IMG/VR virus record: IMGVR_UViG_3300046373_000039
Coordinates: 1 to 64,000 of that record
Direction: 5' to 3' (one strand)
From: a virus
DNA: 64,000 nt
The notes beneath the pieces are model-generated. The model saw only the letters and a list, made by a program, of their open reading frames with translations. It did no database searches and had not been told where the DNA came from. Positions 1 to 7,192 of this stretch are shown here, in pieces; within the stretch, counting starts at the first letter, position 1; each line of letters starts with the position of its first letter. A program made the position numbers and the translations under genes.

Positions 1-153
1 CCCCCCCCCCCCCCTCAGAAAGACACTTAGCTTGTATTAGTGAGTGTCTATTTTTATGTCTGGAAATATGTGAAAGCCTTTATTTGTAAGGGGTGTAGTC
101 TGTGAACTTACTGGATATCTCGTAGTAGGGCTTAACGCTCCTAGACACCACAG

Positions 154-169
154 GCAATACCCATGCCAA
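154..169 (-). promoter_or_regulatory. sigma54 (RpoN)-like -24/-12 box pointing toward the left end
   Basis: Minus strand reads TTGGCATGGGTATTGC: GG-N10-GC spacing, close to the YTGGCACGRNNNTTGC consensus. Confidence 0.45.
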
Positions 170-180
170 CTTTGCCAAAT

Positions 181-273
181 ATAGAGAAATTCTATCAGCA
201 GACCTCACCCAATAGCTTTCCTCTATCATTAACACAACCTATCACCTAAGCTACCCTGATAGAGACTGAGCAG
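181..273. promoter_or_regulatory. Tandem LysR/OxyR-type binding boxes
   Basis: 181-226 is an exact ATAG-N7-CTAT-N16-ATAG-N7-CTAT; 228-262 is ATTA-N7-CTAT-N16-ATAG. Confidence 0.5.
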
Positions 274-385
274 AACACACCTGTAGACACCAATGTCTTG
301 CACAGAGGATATTAGTGAAGAGTCTATTAAGATGCTAATAGTTAGTGTACAAGATAGTTAAACAACAGGCATAAGAAAGGATTTG

Positions 386-415
386 CAAAGCAAAGAACCC
401 CTACAGAGAGGGGCT
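386..415 (-). terminator. Putative intrinsic terminator
   Basis: Minus strand AGCCCCT-ctctgt-AGGGGTT followed by CTTTGCTTT, downstream of ORF 485-652. Confidence 0.55.
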
Positions 416-484
416 ATTGATCAAGCTACCACTGTGTACCACTAGACATCTAACGTTGCTACAAGGGGTTGATACTGGCCTGTA

Positions 485-652
485 TTACAAGCCTCCTACC
501 ACCTCAGTGATGTACAAGACATCCTCTACAGTGTCACTTGCCCAAGCTGCTTTAGCCAGGATAGCGGCATCTTCCATAGAGTGTGCTTGAATTTCAAGGA
601 AGAAGAGTTCCTCAGTATTGTGATCTTTCATGGTTACTTTGTAAGAGTGCAT
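485..652 (-). CDS. Small early protein, 55 aa (MHSYKVTMKD...), not in ORF track
   Basis: Translated by hand; AGGA RBS; promoter at 693-720 and terminator downstream. Confidence 0.75.
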   Translation of the reverse strand: MHSYKVTMKDHNTEELFFLEIQAHSMEDAAILAKAAWASDTVEDVLYITEVVGGL

Positions 653-692
653 GATTGTATTCCTATCTAGGTTGTTTTGCTTTCTTGTGTTC

Positions 693-720
693 AGTATACT
701 TGATTCTTGAGTCTGTGCAA
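693..720 (-). promoter_or_regulatory. sigma70-type promoter
   Basis: TTGCAC-N16-TATACT with A-rich upstream sequence. Confidence 0.7.
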
Positions 721-753
721 GCCTTATTTTTAGAATTTTATTAGTTAAAATTC

Positions 754-782
754 TTGACAGGTAATCTATCCAGGGTTAAGAT
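754..782 (+). promoter_or_regulatory. sigma70-type promoter, divergent from 693-720
   Basis: TTGACA-N17-TAAGAT; palindrome AGAATTTTA-N5-TAAAATTCT at 732-754 lies between the two promoters. Confidence 0.65.
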
Positions 783-842
783 TACATTACTGGGCCACTC
801 CTGAGAAGGGGGAGTGGGTAATGTTAAAGTTTTCAGATGGGT

Positions 843-866
843 AAAAGAAAAGGCCCCGGAGGGCCT
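843..866 (-). terminator. Intrinsic terminator
   Basis: AGGCCC-N4-GGGCCT then TTTCTTTT on the minus strand, just after the stop of ORF 870-1043. Confidence 0.75.
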
Positions 867-869
867 GTC

Positions 870-1043
870 TTAGATTGCTTGGATGAACTCAGGGGGCACA
901 CAGCGGCTGCTACGTCCTAACTTCACCCAAACCATACCATCCTTACATTGGAAGTCTACAACGCCCTTCTTACCAATAAGCTTCTTGTCGTTGATGATGT
1001 TGGTCTTGATCAGGGTGATTGCTTGGTTGGCTTGGAAGGTCAT
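870..1043 (-). CDS. Small SH3/KOW-like early protein; start reassigned to MTFQ...
   Basis: AGGAG RBS before ATG 1043; the longer ORF start overlaps the promoter. Confidence 0.7.
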   Translation of the reverse strand: MTFQANQAITLIKTNIINDKKLIGKKGVVDFQCKDGMVWVKLGRSSRCVPPEFIQAI

Positions 1044-1082
1044 GGTTGTTACTCCTAAAAGGTATGCTGTTTCGGTAGGGTT

Positions 1083-1111
1083 ATTATGAGAGACTTTCAT
1101 CTCTCAGTCAA
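1083..1111 (-). promoter_or_regulatory. sigma70 promoter with a hairpin in its spacer
   Basis: TTGACT-N17-CATAAT; TGAGAGA-N6-TCTCTCA inverted repeat at 1087-1106. Confidence 0.7.
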
Positions 1112-1114
1112 CAA

Positions 1115-1231
1115 TTATTTTAAAGATTTCTTAAAACGATAATCAGAAATTAGAGAGCACAAACCACCAATTATTAGCAATGCAGGAGAAGCTACAGCAA
1201 AGTATTCAGCAGTAATGATTAGGTAAGCCAT
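1115..1231 (-). CDS. 38-aa hydrophobic peptide (MAYLIITAEYFAVASPALLIIGGLCSLISDYRFKKSLK)
   Basis: Translated by hand; AGGAG RBS; one TM-like stretch and basic tail. Confidence 0.6.
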   Translation of the reverse strand: MAYLIITAEYFAVASPALLIIGGLCSLISDYRFKKSLK

Positions 1232-1286
1232 GTGTATCTCTCCTGTGGTGTGTGTTTATTCTAACGGATTCTTATAGGGGAGTATA

Positions 1287-1332
1287 GTTGAATATTTCTA
1301 TTGTGCATTGTTGACTGATAGCCTCTACCTAA
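1287..1332. promoter_or_regulatory. Third LysR/OxyR-type box
   Basis: GTTG-N7-CTAT-N16-ATAG-N7-CTAA, next to a TAGAAT -10 (1258-1263, minus) that lacks a good -35. Confidence 0.4.
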
Positions 1333-1364
1333 CTCCAAATAACGCCCACAGTCGGCGTAAGGAT

Positions 1365-1393
1365 AGTATAAACAAGGGAGTACTTTTGTGCAA
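1365..1393 (-). promoter_or_regulatory. sigma70 promoter
   Basis: TTGCAC-N17-TATACT. Confidence 0.7.
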
Positions 1394-1765
1394 GAGTTAT
1401 TTTCAACAAACTCTAACAAAGATTTCTACCACACTCTTGGCTAACAGTAGAGAAAACCTATCGTGTTCATATAACATTGTTTAATAGATTTGTACAGGAT
1501 TATTTGTAGTTAGAGTGTAAAGTAGCTAATGTTTAGTGTGCTAAATGATTGTGTCGTGGTAGTTTGTGTGTAAAGGTTGGAGGAAAGTAGTAGTGAGCTT
1601 AACCATAACACATATCCTGAACCACTCTCACACTCCCTAAAACTACACTAATCAGTTTACTTCTTGTAGTCATTTTGACTAGATTCTATAAGGCTTCCAC
1701 ACTAATCGCTAATATTAACCAGAAGATGATTTATTTACTAGTCTATTAATCTTGTTGATACACCT

Positions 1766-1787
1766 ATGCCCATCAAATGATGGGCAT
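1766..1787. repeat. Perfect 10-bp inverted repeat
   Basis: ATGCCCATCA-aa-TGATGGGCAT. Confidence 0.9.
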
Positions 1788-1804
1788 TATACAGCCTGCT
1801 TAGA

Positions 1805-2008
1805 TTAAATCTTGATAAAGTAGTGCTTCTCTTCTTGAGGATACTTCCAACCCGGATAAGTGTACCCCCAAACACTCCTTTGTGGAGTCATCCAGACGCT
1901 ATAATCAGGACTCTCTGACACACTTGGCATGATGTCTCTTTTATCTGCATACAGAGCTTCAAAGAATTGCTCTCTACTTACTTCTTTCATACCTTGTGGG
2001 GTATTCAT
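1805..2008 (-). CDS. Hypothetical early protein
   Basis: ORF with ATGA coupling to upstream gene. Confidence 0.7.
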   Translation of the reverse strand: MNTPQGMKEVSREQFFEALYADKRDIMPSVSESPDYSVWMTPQRSVWGYTYPGWKYPQEEKHYFIKI

Positions 2009-2238
2009 GACTGATATCCTTTAGCTGCCTTCTCAATGTCCTCTACTTCCATAATCAATTGTTCCATTGCAGAGACTTCACTAATTTCACGAACATAACG
2101 ATTATATGTGCTGTTCATGTCATCTACAGCAAACTGCGCGGCTATGCGTGCCCCAAGCTCATTGTGTGACATGTGATGTTTATAGCAGGTAAATCGAGCA
2201 TCAAACAGACGTTTTAGAAGAGATTCTTTAGTGTTCAT
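2005..2238 (-). CDS. Hypothetical early protein
   Basis: AAGGA RBS; directly downstream of a consensus promoter. Confidence 0.75.
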   Translation of the reverse strand: MNTKESLLKRLFDARFTCYKHHMSHNELGARIAAQFAVDDMNSTYNRYVREISEVSAMEQLIMEVEDIEKAAKGYQS

Positions 2239-2279
2239 GTCTGTATTCCTTAATCAGTGTGTTTGTTTTGTATACCTAA

Positions 2280-2308
2280 ATTATAACCACACCAAAGCAC
2301 CCTGTCAA
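2280..2308 (-). promoter_or_regulatory. Perfect-consensus sigma70 promoter
   Basis: TTGACA-N17-TATAAT. Confidence 0.9.
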
Positions 2309-2329
2309 CCACATATTTTGATTTATTTC

Positions 2330-2362
2330 ACATGTCCTCAAAACAAGAAAACGAGGACATGT
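2330..2362. repeat. Perfect 10-bp inverted repeat with 13-nt spacer
   Basis: ACATGTCCTC...GAGGACATGT. Confidence 0.9.
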
Positions 2363-2464
2363 CTTAGCTGATGTGTTCTCGATACACTCATAACAGAATA
2401 CACAAAGCAATAAAACCAATGATAAACAAGATTCCATAATCTGTAACATCTTCTCTATTGTGTG

Positions 2465-2677
2465 TCATGGTTGTTCTCCAAAGAAATCTTTAAGCTGTAT
2501 TGTAGACTTTTCTTCAAACTCCTTTGTGACGCTATCTACAAAATTGATTGGCAAGAAGCCATTTTCAATCAGCAACAACTGAAACATTTCAATCGTAGAT
2601 GCAAACATAAGAAAATCTTTATCGTCTAGACTAGAAGCCTGTTCTGATATAACCTTGGCAACTTCTTTATAATTCAT
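2465..2677 (-). CDS. Hypothetical protein
   Basis: ORF in coupled early operon; GGAG RBS. Confidence 0.65.
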   Translation of the reverse strand: MNYKEVAKVISEQASSLDDKDFLMFASTIEMFQLLLIENGFLPINFVDSVTKEFEEKSTIQLKDFFGEQP

Positions 2678-2844
2678 TTCTTAACACTCCCAATAATCTG
2701 CTCTTGTACCACTCGAATTCTAGTCTTTGTGTTCAATGTCTCTACATCATAATACTTCTTCTCTTTCTTCACAACAACACATTTAACACCATGATATTCA
2801 GAAAGGATGTCATTGATTCGTACAATGTCTTTTATGGAGTACAT
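2674..2844 (-). CDS. 56-aa KOW/SH3-like small protein (MYSIKDIVRIND...)
   Basis: Translated by hand; GAGGA RBS; ATGA overlap with next gene. Confidence 0.6.
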   Translation of the reverse strand: MYSIKDIVRINDILSEYHGVKCVVVKKEKKYYDVETLNTKTRIRVVQEQIIGSVKK

Positions 2845-3145
2845 AGCTTATTCCTCAGAGATTAGCCATAATAAACGCTATAACAATAATACAAACAAAC
2901 GCAAAACTAAAGAAAAATACAACTTCCATATCACACCTCTCAAATTAATCAAACATCTTTGACCTTAGTCAAAGGTTATTGGACAATACATCCCGTGGTC
3001 ACCTAGCACTAAGAACAGCTTATGTGTATAAGCATTCCAATAGGGTTGGAACAACACCACTTCTGAGCCATCAAGCATTGTAAACATTGGGGTTCTTAAT
3101 TGCTTCATGGCTATTGTTCCTAGAGAATGTCGTTCTGTAAGGTAG

Positions 3146-3174
3146 ATTCTATAGGTTGGCTAGGATGCTGTCAA
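3146..3174 (-). promoter_or_regulatory. sigma70 promoter
   Basis: TTGACA-N17-TAGAAT. Confidence 0.8.
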
Positions 3175-3188
3175 GGGTTTATTTTGAC

Positions 3189-3479
3189 TTATTTCTGTGG
3201 TTTTGTGTACAAAGGCGTAGCTACTCCACCGTCAACATACCCGTTTGCTGGGGGTTCAGAACGCACAGTGAAAGTATGTGAGTAGCCATCTTGAACTAGA
3301 TCATTAGAGTTAGCCCAGCCTACAGGATCTTCTAAACTAAAGTCAGTATTGTCAACAATCTCTAATAGTTGATCTGTTTTGATTCGAAGTTTGTTCAAGC
3401 CACTTTGTGTTCTACCAAATCCATTTCTCCATTCTTTAAGTAGTTCTGACATATTGTCAATCAGCTCTATATTGCTCAT
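3189..3479 (-). CDS. Hypothetical protein
   Basis: AAGGAG RBS. Confidence 0.7.
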   Translation of the reverse strand: MSNIELIDNMSELLKEWRNGFGRTQSGLNKLRIKTDQLLEIVDNTDFSLEDPVGWANSNDLVQDGYSHTFTVRSEPPANGYVDGGVATPLYTKPQK

Positions 3480-3639
3480 TTGCTACTCCTTTACAGTCTT
3501 TACATACTTCTTGTTCTGGTTTCATCCACGAATAGTAGGGGCCACCATCTAGGGGATACCACCTATAAACACCGGTTCCTTTACAATTGAAACAATCATT
3601 AATCTTACGTAACTTTTTAAATGTTAAATGTGCGCTCAT
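3457..3639 (-). CDS. Small DnaJ-type zinc-finger protein
   Basis: CFNCKGTG...CKDCKG motifs. Confidence 0.6.
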   Translation of the reverse strand: MSAHLTFKKLRKINDCFNCKGTGVYRWYPLDGGPYYSWMKPEQEVCKDCKGVANEQYRAD

Positions 3640-3641
3640 AA

Positions 3642-3935
3642 TTAATCCTGCCCAATCCCAGAGTAATAATCAGAGCCATTGCCCATTCTTTTAGACCAAA
3701 CATCCTCTACTGTCTCTTCAGACAATGTGTTCTCGATATTATCCCACGACATATAAACACTGTGAAATTTATACAACTTATTTGTCTTAAGATGTAGCTT
3801 ATAGTTATCTGTCAAGGATGCTACACCTTTGCTTATGAAGTAGGCCATACCATCCTCAACATAAGTACACACTACTTTAACACTGTTATAATAGTCAGTT
3901 TGTAGAGTGTATGTATTGTTTTCGATGAATTTCAT
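3642..3935 (-). CDS. Hypothetical protein
   Basis: ORF coupled by ATGA overlap. Confidence 0.6.
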   Translation of the reverse strand: MKFIENNTYTLQTDYYNSVKVVCTYVEDGMAYFISKGVASLTDNYKLHLKTNKLYKFHSVYMSWDNIENTLSEETVEDVWSKRMGNGSDYYSGIGQD

Positions 3936-4198
3936 TTTGACCAACTCTTTTTGTGGTTAAGGTATTCCTTGATAGCATTCTTATACCATTCAATCATCCT
4001 GTACTTGTGTGCCTTTTCTACATGTGTAATAAGTGCTGATCCCCAACCAAACCCGTTTGAAGTAGTCCAAACATGCCTTTTCCATGGTAAAAAACCTAGA
4101 ACCTTGGTTGGAAGGTAAACATTCGCTTCTGCATAAGACCAACCACATTGAGACCAATTACAATAATAAGTAACACCGTCTATTGTAATTTCCATCAC
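3932..4198 (-). CDS. Hypothetical protein
   Basis: ORF with GGAG RBS in operon. Confidence 0.65.
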   Translation of the reverse strand: MMEITIDGVTYYCNWSQCGWSYAEANVYLPTKVLGFLPWKRHVWTTSNGFGWGSALITHVEKAHKYRMIEWYKNAIKEYLNHKKSWSK

Positions 4199-4349
4199 TC
4201 AACACTCCACATATCTCGTTTAAATGATCTTTGCTTGCTGTAGCTATTTCGCTTACTACTCTTATCACTATAATCTTCTGCACTATCTCGCTTAGATGTC
4301 TTAACGAATTTCTGGAATGTATTTTGTTCAGTGTGTTGTTGGATGTGTT

Positions 4350-4553
4350 TCACTTGGTTTGTTCCTTAATAAAAGATTCTATGCCAACAGCACCACAACG
4401 AAAACTAACTTCAGTAGAGAGGTGTTTAGCAGCAACCATGCATTCAATTGAAGAACAACCCTCAAGAGTTTCAACAACCATCTCTGCTACCTTTTCAAGT
4501 AACTCTTCAAATTCTTTTGAAGAAACGTACCCATGTTCATCAAAATGTTTCAT
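4350..4553 (-). CDS. Hypothetical protein
   Basis: GGAG RBS, ATGA coupling. Confidence 0.65.
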   Translation of the reverse strand: MKHFDEHGYVSSKEFEELLEKVAEMVVETLEGCSSIECMVAAKHLSTEVSFRCGAVGIESFIKEQTK

Positions 4554-4750
4554 TTGTTATCTCCAAATTTATAGCCAGTGACATACCCTGTATCTAGTAC
4601 ATCTTTAAACTCAATAGCAGCATCCATACATTGACTAATTGCAAGTTCAAGGTAGGCTTTATCTACTGCATGCAACTTCTCATAATCCTTAGACATCATA
4701 TCACAAAAAAGCTTTGAGAAGGTTGAGATAAACTCTTTACGTGCGTTCAT
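4550..4750 (-). CDS. Hypothetical protein
   Basis: AAGGA RBS, ATGA coupling. Confidence 0.65.
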   Translation of the reverse strand: MNARKEFISTFSKLFCDMMSKDYEKLHAVDKAYLELAISQCMDAAIEFKDVLDTGYVTGYKFGDNK

Positions 4751-4908
4751 TTGGTTTGTTCCTTAACTAACTTGGCAGATAAAACGATAAAGTATGGTGA
4801 ATCGGGATCAGCTAAAACCATAGCATTAGATTCGTTGTAAGCAATGACTTTTTTATAGTAGTAATCCATTGCAGGGATGTCATATATTTTAACTTCATAC
4901 TCATTCAT
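4747..4908 (-). CDS. 53-aa small protein (MNEYEVKIYD...VIAYNESNA...)
   Basis: Translated by hand; GAGGA RBS; coupled at both ends. Confidence 0.6.
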   Translation of the reverse strand: MNEYEVKIYDIPAMDYYYKKVIAYNESNAMVLADPDSPYFIVLSAKLVKEQTK

Positions 4909-5013
4909 TTCACTTCCTCACAATGCCAGCTTCCATTAGATTTATACAGTTTAGCCTTAATCCCCTTCTCAAGCAAGGAGAAAGCTTTAGTGAATGCTTG
5001 TGTGCTTGTCATG

Positions 5014-5178
5014 TTAAACCTCACGCTCATAATAACATACTTCTAAGGACTCTCCCCACACTGCCTGAATCTTTTGAAGAGCCTCCTGATAGTTTTCTGC
5101 TGGTACAGATACAGATTCTTCAAAGCTGACCCCATCGAAGAACCACACAAATTCAATCAAGTATTTATAGCCTTTCAT
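5014..5178 (-). CDS. 54-aa small protein (MKGYKYLIEF...VPAENYQEA...)
   Basis: Translated by hand; AAGGTGA RBS. Confidence 0.6.
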   Translation of the reverse strand: MKGYKYLIEFVWFFDGVSFEESVSVPAENYQEALQKIQAVWGESLEVCYYEREV

Positions 5179-5367
5179 CTCACATCACCTTATTCAAATC
5201 ATTAATGTTCCAATAACGCTTACCATCGATTGGAGTCCTAAGGCAAGCTTGCGTCTTGTTATGCTTATTGTAGGGTGATGACGACTTGATGTCAAGGCCA
5301 TACGTACACAATACAATAGCTGTAGAAGATTTATTTGAGACGTATACAGTGTCATTTGGGAGGATGT

Positions 5368-5604
5368 TCATTTTGAAAGCTCCCACTCTCGTTGTACATA
5401 TTTACCCCCAGCATATTTTAAAAGGCTTACAGCCATTATTTCTTCATAACTTCCGGGTAATGGACAAGGTTCAATACCAAAATAGGCAAGACCTAAACAT
5501 TTCCAGCCATTGTCAAGAGATTCTATATTAGCACTGTCAATAGCTTTCAAGAATTCTCCTGTCAGCCTTTTAAAGCCCTCGAGGTCAACAGTTATTGTAG
5601 ACAT
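5368..5604 (-). CDS. Hypothetical protein
   Basis: GAGGTG RBS. Confidence 0.65.
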   Translation of the reverse strand: MSTITVDLEGFKRLTGEFLKAIDSANIESLDNGWKCLGLAYFGIEPCPLPGSYEEIMAVSLLKYAGGKYVQREWELSK

Positions 5605-5605
5605 T

Positions 5606-6295
5606 TCACACCTCTTTCAATTCTTGGTAGTAGGCTTTTGCCCGTTGACACCACTTTACTAAAGTTTTAGCTGTTGTGCAAGCCTTTTGTAAAAATACTT
5701 TCAGGCAATTTTCATCACTCAAATCGTCAATAATCCCCACTCCACACACGGAGTTAGCTGAATGACTATCGTTGATTTCATAGGCTGATTCTATCGGTGA
5801 ATCGTCCTCTTCGATTGATTCTTGAGGTTGTGTAGGACGTACATTGATGGATTTGTCCAAAAGAATCTGTGCACGATCACGTTTAGCGAAAGCTACAGAC
5901 CTCAACAATGTGTATTCTTCTGGTGTAAACTCACCTCTACGATTAGCCTCTTCAAGCTCGATGATTTCTGCTGTGAGTTTCTCTAACCTAGCAGCTTGGG
6001 GCAGGATTCTTGATTTAAGAGGGACAGATGTTTTGCGTTTAGGGGATTCAACAGGATCAGCGTAAGCCTCGATGTTGGCACGATCTTTATTGAGCATATG
6101 AAGGTGTGCAGGGATAGCCTCTGTAGGACGATTCTGTTTACGAAGGTGCCAGTAATCAGCGCCCGAAAGATTACGAGTTTCCATACTGGTCTCATTCTTG
6201 TACTGCCGACCATTAGGGCTCACACCATCCCACGAATCGTAGTCACCACCGATTGTGCTGTCGCCGTAACCTGATGTACCTTTGGAAGTCCACAT
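5606..6295 (-). CDS. Hypothetical ~229-aa protein; likely start MWTSKG at 6295
   Basis: The 6337 start lies inside the -10 element, so ATG 6295 is the first usable start. Confidence 0.65.
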   Translation of the reverse strand: MWTSKGTSGYGDSTIGGDYDSWDGVSPNGRQYKNETSMETRNLSGADYWHLRKQNRPTEAIPAHLHMLNKDRANIEAYADPVESPKRKTSVPLKSRILPQAARLEKLTAEIIELEEANRRGEFTPEEYTLLRSVAFAKRDRAQILLDKSINVRPTQPQESIEEDDSPIESAYEINDSHSANSVCGVGIIDDLSDENCLKVFLQKACTTAKTLVKWCQRAKAYYQELKEV

Positions 6296-6348
6296 GAGAA
6301 AAGCCCCTAGAACGTTAATTACCTTTCGATAACTCATTCTAGGGGCTT
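6296..6348 (-). terminator. Long hairpin terminator overlapping a promoter
   Basis: 12-bp stem AAGCCCCTAGAA/TTCTAGGGGCTT with inner GAAA-loop stem, followed by TTCTC. Confidence 0.6.
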
Positions 6349-6364
6349 AGGGTGTAGCTGTCAA
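6336..6364 (-). promoter_or_regulatory. sigma70 promoter
   Basis: TTGACA-N17-TAGAAT. Confidence 0.8.
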
Positions 6365-6750
6365 GGATTATTTTTGAGGTATTCAATAACCAACAAGCTT
6401 TCTTTGTGGTAGCCTTCGTCATCATACCCACCTACCCAACCAAGAGAACCTTTAGTAGCTCGATGCTCAAGGGCTTCAACAGTTGTTTCTTCGGGGTCCC
6501 ATTGAGATTCAGTTTCACCAGAATAACCTGATTCACTCAAGCCATAACATGAACAGTGTGAGGCGTTTACTTCCCAAAGCTTACCATCTTTCCTATACAG
6601 GACAAATGCAGATGAATCACAACCATAGTCACCAACATGATAGTAGGCTAACAGAATCTCAGCACCTTCTAGTTCTGAAGAGTCAATACCAAACTCTGAT
6701 ATGATAGATTCTTTTGAACTAAAGTTGTGCATATAAATTGAAATCATCAC
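6361..6750 (-). CDS. Phage hypothetical protein with an SHCSCYGL motif
   Basis: ORF; AAGGAG RBS; probable metal-binding motif. Confidence 0.7.
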   Translation of the reverse strand: MMISIYMHNFSSKESIISEFGIDSSELEGAEILLAYYHVGDYGCDSSAFVLYRKDGKLWEVNASHCSCYGLSESGYSGETESQWDPEETTVEALEHRATKGSLGWVGGYDDEGYHKESLLVIEYLKNNP

Positions 6751-6899
6751 TTCTTCTCCTTAATTAACTGCCTAAGTAAATCCATCTCTTCCTTACGCTT
6801 TCTGTTGCTTGCACTCACTGCACAGCATACCCAGACAAGAAGCCAAGGGAAGAAGATCAGTGTTAAAATCAAATGAAAACAATGTGATAGTCCAGTCAT
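6747..6899 (-). CDS. 50-aa membrane protein (MTGLSHCFHLILTLIFFPWLLVW...)
   Basis: Translated by hand; GGAG RBS; TM segment. Confidence 0.6.
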   Translation of the reverse strand: MTGLSHCFHLILTLIFFPWLLVWVCCAVSASNRKRKEEMDLLRQLIKEKK

Positions 6900-7192
6900 G
6901 ATTCTTCTCCAAACTCAATCTCTACACTACCACACTTTACACGTTTCAATGTCTTTAAGTTTACATTAATCCAACCCTGTTTAGCAACATCCACACAAGT
7001 ATACATCTCGATTTTGTGTGCAACAGTGCTGACGTTAGCCTTGCTTGCGTGACCACCTACAAACATCTTGTGTTGCATGTGTTGAACTGTTGCTTGACGT
7101 GCTTCACCGTTAGATTTTACCCAATCAATGTTGTAATATTTCCCGGCGAACGAATCGAGTAGTTGACGCTTTTGTTCAATTGAGTATTTCAT
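6896..7192 (-). CDS. SH3 beta-barrel / WYL-like protein
   Basis: Pattern WVKSNGEAR...VDVAKQGWINVN resembles phage WYL-like SH3 barrels. Confidence 0.5.
   Translation of the reverse strand: MKYSIEQKRQLLDSFAGKYYNIDWVKSNGEARQATVQHMQHKMFVGGHASKANVSTVAHKIEMYTCVDVAKQGWINVNLKTLKRVKCGSVEIEFGEES

Noticed and set aside
1-14. Run of 14 C at the start of the sequence
   Set aside because: Most simply a sequencing or assembly end artifact such as a poly-G read tail; it cannot be supported as biological without reads.
21-56. Hairpin AGACACT...AGTGTCT followed by a T-rich run
   Set aside because: Terminator-like on the plus strand, but the upstream context lies outside the window, so no function can be assigned.
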